Shown here piece by piece: positions 19,765-29,006 of a DNA stretch of 64,000 bases. A program made the position numbers and the translations under genes. This stretch comes from an uncultured Gammaproteobacteria bacterium. GTDB taxonomy: Bacteria > Patescibacteriota > Microgenomatia > UBA10105 > UBA927. The notes below the pieces were generated by a model, which saw only the letters and a program-made list of their open reading frames with translations, did no database searches and had not been told where the DNA came from. The DNA lies in NCBI GenBank assembly GCA_964430295.1, contig CAYSEV010000002.1, forward strand, positions 7,024 to 71,023. The letters run 5' to 3'. Every line of letters begins with the position of its first letter. The first letter of the stretch is position 1.

Positions 19765-19785
19765 ATCCCCGACCTGATCGGGGAT
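19765..19785. terminator. GC-rich hairpin ATCCCCGA-cctga-TCGGGGAT between convergent genes
   Basis: Perfect 8-bp stem, 5-nt loop. No T-run follows, so it is not a canonical intrinsic terminator; possibly a bidirectional terminator or RNA-stability element. Confidence 0.4.
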
Positions 19786-19810
19786 CCAGTAATATTTCTA
19801 TAACCCCTAG

Positions 19811-19830
19811 ATTCCCGCCTTCGCGGGAAT
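19811..19830. terminator. Second GC-rich hairpin ATTCCCGC-cttc-GCGGGAAT between convergent genes
   Basis: Perfect 8-bp stem, 4-nt loop, about 25 nt from the first hairpin. The outer sequences tgtcat / atgaca could extend a compound structure. Confidence 0.4.
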
Positions 19831-19850
19831 GACAAGTATATATATTACTA

Positions 19851-21569
19851 TCACTTACTTATAAATATTCTACAGAAAGTCTCAGCTGACATAGATTCCA
19901 CTGCAAAGTCCTTTAGGGTTATACCATGAGGATATGTAGATAAAGTATCCCTATTGCAGACATCGTTATTGTATATATCAAATATTGTTCCACCATCGGA
20001 AAGTCTGGATAGTTTTGTATATGTAGTTGTCTGTTTGGCCGGAAATCCACAGAGACTACTTACAATGTGAACAGCACTTGAACTTGCCGGATCAATTGAA
20101 TTATCACAGGATGTAAACGTGATTCCATCAAATGTAATCGGGCTATCCGGTTTCATTGGAATTGAAAGTACCTGTATGGTTTCAGGGGTAATCCTGTCTG
20201 CATAGACCAGATATTTTTTGAATATGTCGCTTCCCTGTGTGGAGTATACAATTACCGGTTTTTCTTTCGTTCGGGCCAGGTTCAGATATTTCGATAGTGT
20301 TCTCATGTGAAAATCTCCGGCTCCCTGCAGCGGTAATTGGTAAAAGTACACAAGTATAAAATTACCCACACTAAGAGCATATACAACGAAGTATATAAGT
20401 AATACAACATGTCGTTGTACTTTTGCCGTATGCGTATATATAAATGAAAGACCGTATCCAAGTATAAAGATGATGAACGGGAACATAAGTGCCAGATGTC
20501 CCGAAAAATCCGATTCTGTTCTATGAATAACATGAGGAAGTGCACCCAGCATAATAAAACCCAAAAGCACAATAAACATGCTTAGGTTGGAAGCAAATAA
20601 TGCACCGAATCCCAATATAATAACAATGCCCTCGACAGGATAGAAGAAACTATGTCGTGCCTGCAGGAAAAAATTATCTCCATCGGCAAATAAATATGAT
20701 GCGGAGAATATTCTAAATAGTTTATGCAAAAGGTGTTCTCCAAACAGTGTTGCTTTATTTACCATAAGAGATAAAAGAGGAGAGGGAATGGAAATTTTCC
20801 GTATACTGTCTACTTGTTTTGCAAATTCAGGTGACGTGGGTAAGAGAATATCAGATAACCGCGATTGGCCTGACAGTTTCAGTTGACTCATAAAAAATCC
20901 TACAAACACAACCGCCAGTATACACATGATCAATACGGATCTGGACGAAAGTTTTTTGTTTACCAACTTTGATACGATGAGTGCAAGGATAATAAACGGA
21001 ATAAATAAAATTTTTGTACCAATATATGAATAAAATCCCAATATAAACAGAGGGAATGCGTATAACAGTTTCTCCGGATTTGTGATAACTATATATAGCC
21101 CGAGTAGATAAAAAAATGTTGCAGGGGTAGATTCATATCCCGTTCTTCCCATAACGATGAGCCATGGGTTTATTGCGGCCAAAAGACCGGTGAATATGGC
21201 TGCACTCGTTCCAAACAGTTTTTTTGCAATCAGATACATGATAGCGACAATACCGATACTCATAAGTGCAAATGCATACCTATAGGCAAATAGAGAGAAC
21301 GGCAAATAGGAATCGGCTATCAAGTGAATGAAATATGGGAGTTCCGCCTGCAGTTCACCGGGCGGGTAACGGAATGCGAACACAGAAAGGGGATTCCATC
21401 TGCCGGTTATATCGTGGCCTGTTAATGCCATAGATCGGGCTGTTGTGGGGTAAATAAGCTCATCACCTGTTATGGCTGTCGGAACAGAATCCAAAAGTAC
21501 AAAACGAAAGGCCGCGGCAAGTATCAGTATGGCAATAAGAATTCTATGTGTGTATAAGTATTGTTTCAT
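19851..21569 (-). CDS. GT39-like (PMT_2 family) membrane glycosyltransferase
   Basis: The likely start is MKQYLYTHRILIAIL (ATGA overlap with the upstream stop at 21566-21568), not the longer listed ORF. LLDSVPTAITGDELIYPTTARSMALTGHDITGRW first-loop region, polytopic. Confidence 0.6.
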   Translation of the reverse strand: MKQYLYTHRILIAILILAAAFRFVLLDSVPTAITGDELIYPTTARSMALTGHDITGRWNPLSVFAFRYPPGELQAELPYFIHLIADSYLPFSLFAYRYAFALMSIGIVAIMYLIAKKLFGTSAAIFTGLLAAINPWLIVMGRTGYESTPATFFYLLGLYIVITNPEKLLYAFPLFILGFYSYIGTKILFIPFIILALIVSKLVNKKLSSRSVLIMCILAVVFVGFFMSQLKLSGQSRLSDILLPTSPEFAKQVDSIRKISIPSPLLSLMVNKATLFGEHLLHKLFRIFSASYLFADGDNFFLQARHSFFYPVEGIVIILGFGALFASNLSMFIVLLGFIMLGALPHVIHRTESDFSGHLALMFPFIIFILGYGLSFIYTHTAKVQRHVVLLIYFVVYALSVGNFILVYFYQLPLQGAGDFHMRTLSKYLNLARTKEKPVIVYSTQGSDIFKKYLVYADRITPETIQVLSIPMKPDSPITFDGITFTSCDNSIDPASSSAVHIVSSLCGFPAKQTTTYTKLSRLSDGGTIFDIYNNDVCNRDTLSTYPHGITLKDFAVESMSAETFCRIFISK

Positions 21570-23305
21570 AAAGGTTTGAGTATCTGAAATACTTCCTGAC
21601 CATTCGGTTGGTAGACAGTGCGCAGAAGCTCTGCAGATTGTGTCGCTACAGGACAACCACGGTATTGTACAAAAAGCGAATGTAGATCAGTATCCGTCAA
21701 TGCCTTCGGAGTATATGGCATGCCTTTTTTAAATCCTAAACGTGTGTTAAGCGGACAATCATCGCTTTCAAATTCATACATAGAAAAATTAATGCTGTCG
21801 GATTTATTTTTATCTGTATTTATTGATTCTTTCTGATACCTGCCGGGGTCGTAGGCCGTGAAAAAGAGAAAAAATACAGAAGGAGCAGATTCAGCATTTG
21901 TGATAATAATTTTTTTATACGTATCTTTTTGCTTTGCAATTTCACTCACAAGTTCGCTATATCCTGCATTTCGAAACTGTGCGCTTTGTATAGGCTGATG
22001 AATATAATATGCATCCAGATATTGAACCATATTAAACAGGTACACGATGGTAAGAAACAGCATAGGAACCATCAAGTATTTTACAGAGCGCATTTTTTCA
22101 CACAGTGCATATATCCCAAATGCGATCAGAATTGATAATGCAGGCTGCATTAGTAGCGTCCGTTGCATATTTGGGACATCATCATACGTTAAAGCGCTTC
22201 CAATGGGGGCTATAAGTATCCACAAACCGATAAGCAAATGATATCTCGATCGTCTCGTTACGATTATATATATACCTAACAGAATAAATATAAGTTCAAC
22301 CATATAGAGATTTCCTGCTCCGAATATGGTCATACGGGTGGGTAATGCTTTATCGCGAAAGAGAAAGTCAAAAGAGAAATGTGAAACATAATTATTGATA
22401 ATCTCGTTCCCATATCCAATAGCTTTGTTATGAAGGAGTCTCGTGAATTTAGAAGGTACAAATTTACCCCCATCTTCCCGTATTGCCTCATCAACCTTGA
22501 GTTGTGCATGAGGAGATTTAAATACACTTAACGACTGGATACGTAAAGAGAGAATAGGAGATTTGATGATGAATAAAAGCGGCAAAACAATACAGAGGAC
22601 ATACAAAATTCCTGAAAATACGAGATATCTTTTCGCGATATGTTTTCTATAAAGGTACACCAGGAGAGGAAATATAAACGGAACAAATGCACGGGGCGCT
22701 TGATACACTGTATACGTCAGTGCAAACATTACCACAGAAAAAATAAGATACACTAGGCTTTTTGATCGAATAGAGTAGAGAAATAGAAGAGTCGCACAGA
22801 TAAGCAGTAATACAACAAGAGTAATTTCTATACCAATGCGTGATGCATTTATATGCCATGGAGATATGGCAAGAACACCGGCAGAGAGAAGTGATATGGC
22901 ATCAGTATTCCGTAATTCCCCGGCTAACTTTTGTGCAGTATCTTTGATATTAAGTTCTATCAACAGAAGCAATCGAACAAGGAAAAATGTCAGCACTATA
23001 CTGAGTGTTCCAAACAGCGCGGATGCAAATCTGGCGGAAAATTCACTCAGCCCAAAGATGCTGATAAATGGAATACTTGCATAGGAATATCCCGCCGGGC
23101 TCCAGAAAAAAGATTGCAAATGAACTGGCAACACATTCCCGCTCATATCCTTACCGGTCTTTAGAATTGAATATGCGTTGTATGCCAAAAACGCTTCATC
23201 ACGATGAAAGCCAACAGGGTTAATTCCGAGGTGCCAAAAACGAAGTATACCCCCCAACAATACAATACAGAAAAGCGATATATAAATTTGCTTATGAATG
23301 CGCAT
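21566..23305 (-). CDS. GT39 (PMT_2) membrane glycosyltransferase
   Basis: LRFWHLGINPVGFHRDEAFLAYNAYSILKTGKDMSGN motif, 579 aa polytopic. Confidence 0.7.
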   Translation of the reverse strand: MRIHKQIYISLFCIVLLGGILRFWHLGINPVGFHRDEAFLAYNAYSILKTGKDMSGNVLPVHLQSFFWSPAGYSYASIPFISIFGLSEFSARFASALFGTLSIVLTFFLVRLLLLIELNIKDTAQKLAGELRNTDAISLLSAGVLAISPWHINASRIGIEITLVVLLLICATLLFLYSIRSKSLVYLIFSVVMFALTYTVYQAPRAFVPFIFPLLVYLYRKHIAKRYLVFSGILYVLCIVLPLLFIIKSPILSLRIQSLSVFKSPHAQLKVDEAIREDGGKFVPSKFTRLLHNKAIGYGNEIINNYVSHFSFDFLFRDKALPTRMTIFGAGNLYMVELIFILLGIYIIVTRRSRYHLLIGLWILIAPIGSALTYDDVPNMQRTLLMQPALSILIAFGIYALCEKMRSVKYLMVPMLFLTIVYLFNMVQYLDAYYIHQPIQSAQFRNAGYSELVSEIAKQKDTYKKIIITNAESAPSVFFLFFTAYDPGRYQKESINTDKNKSDSINFSMYEFESDDCPLNTRLGFKKGMPYTPKALTDTDLHSLFVQYRGCPVATQSAELLRTVYQPNGQEVFQILKPL

Positions 23306-24923
23306 CCTTAAATAATTTCCACGTCATATATGCTATGACCGCTGTACCCATTATACCGCTTATTATATCTGACGCCAGACGCAGTGGCGTTTCATGAAAC
23401 GATACGTCTATGGCATGTACACCTTTTGAAAGCGTATAGGTTATAAGACCCCGATGATTGGCATTTTGAAATTCTATTGGAAGTTTAGTTCCATTCTCTT
23501 TGACCTGCCAGCCGGGATAATACAATGTGTTATCGACAATATTCGTCTCTGTATCTGACGTAACGGTGTACATATGTCTGGTATTTGATTTTGTGAATCC
23601 CGATATAGTTGCAGTTCCTGAAACCACTTCAACAGGAGCTTTCGGATATGTGGAAAAATCACCGGTTGACCATACTGTGGTTGCTTCACCGTGAAAGTAT
23701 GTTGTGTTGGGAAAATTTTTGTAAAACCCGACCGGTCTGTATTCATATCCGGCAACACGAAGAGCAGGGAGAGTGCTGACAAGTGTAAGTCCTATAAACA
23801 ACATAGGGATACCAAAAACCTTGAGTTTCAGATTCTTTCCATAAAAAGATAGTGATGCAAATAATGCAAAATTTGCAATTGCCATAAACCGCCATGGAAA
23901 CTGTATGATTTTTAAAAATGGGATACGATTCCATACGATCGAAGATATTGGCATAGTCATCAGTGTGCTGAGTAACAAAACGACAGTCCAGAATAATGCT
24001 TCACGATCAAGCTTTTTTATAGAGAGAAGGCGGATTATGCATATAACGCATATAACAACTGGAACTATACCAAGTTGAGGTGCGAATCCTCCCGGCGCAT
24101 TTACATCCGGTCCAAATCCCCAGGGAGCAAACACAGGTGCAAATCCGTGCAGGAAATTGCCGGAATAGAAATCTCCCGTAAACAGGGTAATATTTGTATA
24201 CTTTTTCTCAAGGAGTGCCGGTACCCAAAAAAATGCAGATAACGATAATCCGAAGGATATCATAGCTATATAAGAAATCGCTGATTTTATCTGTTTTGTT
24301 CCCGCAAATTTTATAAGCATATATATGAATATAATAGGAGAAAACAGAAGGCTTATGCCGTTATGTGAAAGAATTGTGAACGCATACATGATGCCTCCTA
24401 AGACTACAGTATGTATGGTCTGCTTTTTTGCATCGATATATAAAAATAGAAGGGGGATAAAGGTAATGCTTACAAGTTCAGCAACGTCTCCGCGCACAAG
24501 AAGATTAGCCACATGATACAACGAAAATCCATACATCATACTTATTGCCATGGCATACTGTTTTTGCACAAATTCTCGTATCCACAAATAGAAGGTGATA
24601 GGGGATGCTACAAATGCCAGAACTGAAATAACTTTAAAAATGCTTTCGGGATTTTTTATAAACAGTGACAAAAAAGATGCAATATAACCTGGGAGCGGGT
24701 AAAAGAAAATAAACACGGGAGAACCGTATGAATAGTTCAGATACCCGGCCCAACGGGGAAGGATATGAAGCTCTGCGAATGCTCGGGTATACGCGACAAA
24801 ACGCGCCACATGATTGACACCGTCATGTGTTATGTACAAGCCGCTATGAAATACCAACGATGCAATAATGGCGAGTGATATACAAACACTTATGCCGAAA
24901 AATACATTATATCGTTTTTCCAT
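23292..24923 (-). CDS. PTPS-related/YfhO-like GT-C membrane protein (subfamily A paralog)
   Basis: ITHDGVNHVARFVAYTRAFAELHILPRWAGYLNYSYGSPVFIFFYPLPGY plus C-terminal LYYPGWQVKENGTKLP...GVHAIDVSF. Start tentatively at MEKRYN (24923), overlapping the upstream gene end by 17 nt. Alternative starts are up to 24992. Confidence 0.65.
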   Translation of the reverse strand: MEKRYNVFFGISVCISLAIIASLVFHSGLYITHDGVNHVARFVAYTRAFAELHILPRWAGYLNYSYGSPVFIFFYPLPGYIASFLSLFIKNPESIFKVISVLAFVASPITFYLWIREFVQKQYAMAISMMYGFSLYHVANLLVRGDVAELVSITFIPLLFLYIDAKKQTIHTVVLGGIMYAFTILSHNGISLLFSPIIFIYMLIKFAGTKQIKSAISYIAMISFGLSLSAFFWVPALLEKKYTNITLFTGDFYSGNFLHGFAPVFAPWGFGPDVNAPGGFAPQLGIVPVVICVICIIRLLSIKKLDREALFWTVVLLLSTLMTMPISSIVWNRIPFLKIIQFPWRFMAIANFALFASLSFYGKNLKLKVFGIPMLFIGLTLVSTLPALRVAGYEYRPVGFYKNFPNTTYFHGEATTVWSTGDFSTYPKAPVEVVSGTATISGFTKSNTRHMYTVTSDTETNIVDNTLYYPGWQVKENGTKLPIEFQNANHRGLITYTLSKGVHAIDVSFHETPLRLASDIISGIMGTAVIAYMTWKLFKDAHS

Positions 24924-27336
24924 GACGGGATTTTTTAGAAAAAAACGTGTGAGACCCATATACCATAAAGAGTAAAACCCCTGTAAGTACACTTATAATC
25001 GTGCCTTTCATAAATGAGTTTGAACGATATGTAAATATGACTGTATGATCGCCTTTCGGGATAATCACACCTCTGAATGCATAGGTCATTTTATATACAT
25101 GAGTTTCGTGTGTATCTATTGTTGCTGTCCAATTCGGATCATATGCATCACTTAAAAATAATACCTGTTCTGTATTGGTATGCGTATGGATTGTTACGGT
25201 ATTTGGTGAATAAGATAGTAGTTCGGCCGAGCCTGTGCCGGATACTACATCACGAAAATCATTTTTATATATAGATTCTATAAGAACAGAAGAACCGGTT
25301 ATGAATGAAGGTGAAAAAAATATCTGTTCAAAATCTTTTTCAGTATCATAAAAGTGTAAATCTCCTGTTACAAATGTTCGGGGTGCTGCATGCAAATTTT
25401 CATAGACAGTCCATGCATCTTTTTGCCAAACGGGTTTGAAACGAGTTGTGTCAAATGTCGTATCATCCTTCGGGTTATCTACTCTGTCTATGACATACTT
25501 TACGCCAAGTTGATCCATGAGTTTGAGCCTATATGGATTGCCCGGCAAATCTTTTTCTCCGTATCCGGTGGCAAGTTTTGCATCAGATCTCGTGCTTCGT
25601 GTGAACGTAGTTGGTATATGGCCGTCTTTTGAGGCCTGGATAAACTGGTTATACCATTTTAGGTTTAATGGATCAGTTCCGTCTGTAGAGTATAGTCCGA
25701 CCTGTGTAGCAAAATTTGCCTCCATTTCCGCAGATCCATATCCCCACACCCTGCTAACGCCTTTCTGATTTTGGAGAAATTGTACCAGTGAATTTTCCGG
25801 GAATACAAACGTTGCCGGCACAAACGGATTGAATTTTAAAAAGCCATATGCCAGTTCAATTGTACAAAGGGGGATAATAAGAAGTAGAGCAATGCGTATT
25901 TTTTTGGAGGATAGTATCAATACAATTGTTCCGAATAAAAAAGCAGTTGCAAACAACATTGACCGTTTTATGATGCTCACAACTTCCGGAGTCATGGCAG
26001 TATGAGGATGGGTGAGTACAACGAACCACAATATGCAGAATATTCCCCACAAGAGTGCTATCGGTGCAATCAACTTTTTGCCTGGTTGTTTTTTAAGATA
26101 ATCGTATCCAAATCCTGCAAAAAGAGATAATGAAAACGCTAAAAGAAACAGAATTCTGGTTGGGGTTCCTGTTGATAATACAGGCAATGGGAATCGGTAA
26201 AATAATTCACTCAGAGGTGTTCGTATGGTTAATAACAATATAACCACCGCTGTTCCTAAGAAAAATTTCTGTTGCCATGATTTTTTTGTATTGAACAATG
26301 AAAAAACCGACAGGACAAAACCCACGACTCCTATAGATAGCGTTTTGCCGACGTAGTCACCAGTGATACTTGATCCTGTAGCAGGGTTTCCAAAGAAATC
26401 TGAAACTGCAAGAAGAGGGAGTTGCCACCACTGAACCAACATGTTTTGAATAATATTTACATAATCATGCGTGACACGTGCGGAGGTTTTAAATAGTTCT
26501 ATAGTGGGTAACAGTTGCGGTAGAGTCAGAAAAAAAGGAATTGGAAATAATGTGCAAATTTTCGTAAAGAAAAAAGATTTTTTTTGCGCGACTGTCATAT
26601 CTCTATCACCGAATATGCGTGCCACTGTATAGATGCAAACAAATAGAAATGTGTTTATAAAATCCTGCGGATGACCGCCCGTAACCGAAGATACTCCTGC
26701 TAATATAAATACAATCTTTTCTGAAAGCGAAAATGATGATTTTTTAACTCCTCGTTCGACAATATATAAAAGAAGTGGTAACCAGAGAATCGTATGCCAT
26801 ACAGTTGTGAATTCCATCCAAACGCTTGCAAACCCGGAAAAATTAAACAGTAACGCAGCAAGCATAGCGGCAATAGTTGAAAACCCTAACTCGACAGCAA
26901 ACAGATACATGAATATGACACCCAATATAGGTTGAAGGATAACCATCAGAGACCATGCTGTAAGCTGCGGAAATAACAGATACAAAATCGAAAATGGGTA
27001 AAATACCTGCGCCTGATAATTTGCCAGTAATGGACTTCCCGAAAAATTGTACGGATTCCAAAAAGGTATGTTTCCTTTCTTTATTTGATCAATGACAATC
27101 GTTTTCCATGGATACAGTTCACGTATCACATCAAAATACTGGTTCTTTGTCGGTATGGCGCCGGCCACATATCCGTCATATGACTGATGCCTCCACGGTC
27201 CATATTGGGTAAGCAAAAGATCACCCGGGAACGGATATTTTCCTAAAAAAAGTGTTTTATAAAAAAATCCAAGGACGATAACAATAAGGACAATAATTGG
27301 GAAAACAGCGCGTAATTTCGAAGGATTAGTACTCAT
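24907..27336 (-). CDS. YfhO family polytopic membrane glycosyltransferase (subfamily B paralog)
   Basis: 809 aa. ELYPWKTIVIDQIKKGNIPFWNPYNFSGSPLLANYQAQVFYPF and C-terminal SDAYDPNWTATIDTHE...GDHTVIFTY. Confidence 0.75.
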   Translation of the reverse strand: MSTNPSKLRAVFPIIVLIVIVLGFFYKTLFLGKYPFPGDLLLTQYGPWRHQSYDGYVAGAIPTKNQYFDVIRELYPWKTIVIDQIKKGNIPFWNPYNFSGSPLLANYQAQVFYPFSILYLLFPQLTAWSLMVILQPILGVIFMYLFAVELGFSTIAAMLAALLFNFSGFASVWMEFTTVWHTILWLPLLLYIVERGVKKSSFSLSEKIVFILAGVSSVTGGHPQDFINTFLFVCIYTVARIFGDRDMTVAQKKSFFFTKICTLFPIPFFLTLPQLLPTIELFKTSARVTHDYVNIIQNMLVQWWQLPLLAVSDFFGNPATGSSITGDYVGKTLSIGVVGFVLSVFSLFNTKKSWQQKFFLGTAVVILLLTIRTPLSELFYRFPLPVLSTGTPTRILFLLAFSLSLFAGFGYDYLKKQPGKKLIAPIALLWGIFCILWFVVLTHPHTAMTPEVVSIIKRSMLFATAFLFGTIVLILSSKKIRIALLLIIPLCTIELAYGFLKFNPFVPATFVFPENSLVQFLQNQKGVSRVWGYGSAEMEANFATQVGLYSTDGTDPLNLKWYNQFIQASKDGHIPTTFTRSTRSDAKLATGYGEKDLPGNPYRLKLMDQLGVKYVIDRVDNPKDDTTFDTTRFKPVWQKDAWTVYENLHAAPRTFVTGDLHFYDTEKDFEQIFFSPSFITGSSVLIESIYKNDFRDVVSGTGSAELLSYSPNTVTIHTHTNTEQVLFLSDAYDPNWTATIDTHETHVYKMTYAFRGVIIPKGDHTVIFTYRSNSFMKGTIISVLTGVLLFMVYGSHTFFSKKSRHGKTI

Positions 27337-27371
27337 GTATAGTGCTTCTATGATACTATTTATAGGGATTT
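27337..27371. promoter_or_regulatory. Short AT-rich divergent intergenic region, presumed divergent promoters for the minus-strand block and the plus-strand GT39 genes
   Basis: 35-bp gap tatagtgcttctatgatactatttatagggattt between divergently transcribed genes, with TATGAT/TATTTA-like -10 elements. Inference only. Confidence 0.25.
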
Positions 27372-29006
27372 ATGAAAAGATTTCTTCTTCTGGCAGGTAT
27401 TGTTATATTCGGATTGTTTATCCGCACGTATCACGTCGCAGAAAATCCTCCTTCTTTGTCTTGGGATGAAGTATCTATTGGGTATAACGCGTATAGTATC
27501 CTCAAAACAGGAAAAGATGAGCATGGCAGATTCCTTCCGCTTGATTCATTTATAGCGTATGGCGATTACAAACCCCCGCTTGCTATATATAGTGCCGTTC
27601 CATTTGTATTTCTATTCGGACTCACTGATTTGGCAGTGAGACTTCCTGCCGCTGTATTTGGGACACTCAGTATTCTTCTTACGTATTTTGTTGTTTTGGA
27701 ATTATTTTCTACATACTCACAAAAAAATAATATAGCGCTTCTATCATCAGCACTGCTCTCTATTTCACCCTGGCATGTGAACCTTTCACGCGGTGGGTTT
27801 GAAGCAAATGTCGCGTTATTTTTTGTGCTGCTTGGTGTTTGGTTCATTCTATCGTCACGCCATGTGAGGAGTAGATATATCTATATGTGGCTGCCATTTG
27901 TGGCTGCTATTTATACATTTAACAGTGCAAGGTATTTTGTACCTTTGCTGTCCATAGCATTATTACTTTATATCGCTCGGAATATTCAAAAACAATATAA
28001 ATTGTTTATTACCGGTGTAGCGATTGCAATTGTGTGTATGTTACCGATACTTCCACACCTCGTCTCAAAGGAAGCGCGGTTGCGGTTTGCGGAGGTAAAT
28101 ATATTTACGGATACATCTGTTATTACACAGGCGAATGAGCGCACATCACGTACGGGAAATTCGCTTCTATCTCTTCTGGTTAATAACAGAAGAGTGGGAT
28201 TTATCCGTAGTTATTTTATGCATTTCACAGATAACCTGCAGCCTGAATTTCTATTTATCAAGGGTGATGGTAATCCGAAATTTTCCGTACAGGATACGGG
28301 TGAACTCTATATAATAGAAGCGCCGCTTCTTCTCATAGGATTTTTCACTATGCTCTTAGCGTTTCCGACACAGGCAGCACTCCTTCTGTTCTGGCTCCTT
28401 GCCGCAATCGTCCCGGCGGCAACAGCACGGGAAACACCTCATGCACTTCGAATCCTTAATTCGTTGCCTACATGGCATATCTTCATAGCATTTGGAATTT
28501 TTACACTTGTTACCTCTATACATCGTAGACGTACGAAATTGGCACATGCAGCAGTGCTTCTTCTTTCATTGATATATATTTTTCAGGTTGGGTATTATCT
28601 GCATGAGTATTATGCACATTACCGGGTGGAGTATTCCGGTGAATGGCAATATGGATATAAACAAGCTATCCAAAAAATACTACCTATTCAACGAAACTAT
28701 TCCCATGTGGTCATAACCGATTCCATCGGAAGGCCATATATGTATACAGCCTTTTATACAAAAACTGACCCAATAGAATTTTTGCAGTCGAAGAAATCCT
28801 ATACTGACTCGGCCGGTTTTTATCATGTTGATGGGTTTGGGAAATATATATTTAAAGATGTACTGCCTACTGATCTTTCCGATCGTACATTGTATGTCTG
28901 GGATGCGACTGAAGTGCCTAAAGGGGTCAGAGTACTTGATACAGTAACATTGCTTAATGGCGTTGCTAAATTAGTCATATTTGATTCAGGAGATGTGGCA
29001 TTATGA
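27372..29006 (+). CDS. GT39 (PMT_2) membrane glycosyltransferase
   Basis: FIRTYHVAENPPSLSWDEVSIGYNAYSILKTGKDEHGRFLPL...YGDYKPPLAIY motifs. Confidence 0.75.
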   Translation: MKRFLLLAGIVIFGLFIRTYHVAENPPSLSWDEVSIGYNAYSILKTGKDEHGRFLPLDSFIAYGDYKPPLAIYSAVPFVFLFGLTDLAVRLPAAVFGTLSILLTYFVVLELFSTYSQKNNIALLSSALLSISPWHVNLSRGGFEANVALFFVLLGVWFILSSRHVRSRYIYMWLPFVAAIYTFNSARYFVPLLSIALLLYIARNIQKQYKLFITGVAIAIVCMLPILPHLVSKEARLRFAEVNIFTDTSVITQANERTSRTGNSLLSLLVNNRRVGFIRSYFMHFTDNLQPEFLFIKGDGNPKFSVQDTGELYIIEAPLLLIGFFTMLLAFPTQAALLLFWLLAAIVPAATARETPHALRILNSLPTWHIFIAFGIFTLVTSIHRRRTKLAHAAVLLLSLIYIFQVGYYLHEYYAHYRVEYSGEWQYGYKQAIQKILPIQRNYSHVVITDSIGRPYMYTAFYTKTDPIEFLQSKKSYTDSAGFYHVDGFGKYIFKDVLPTDLSDRTLYVWDATEVPKGVRVLDTVTLLNGVAKLVIFDSGDVAL

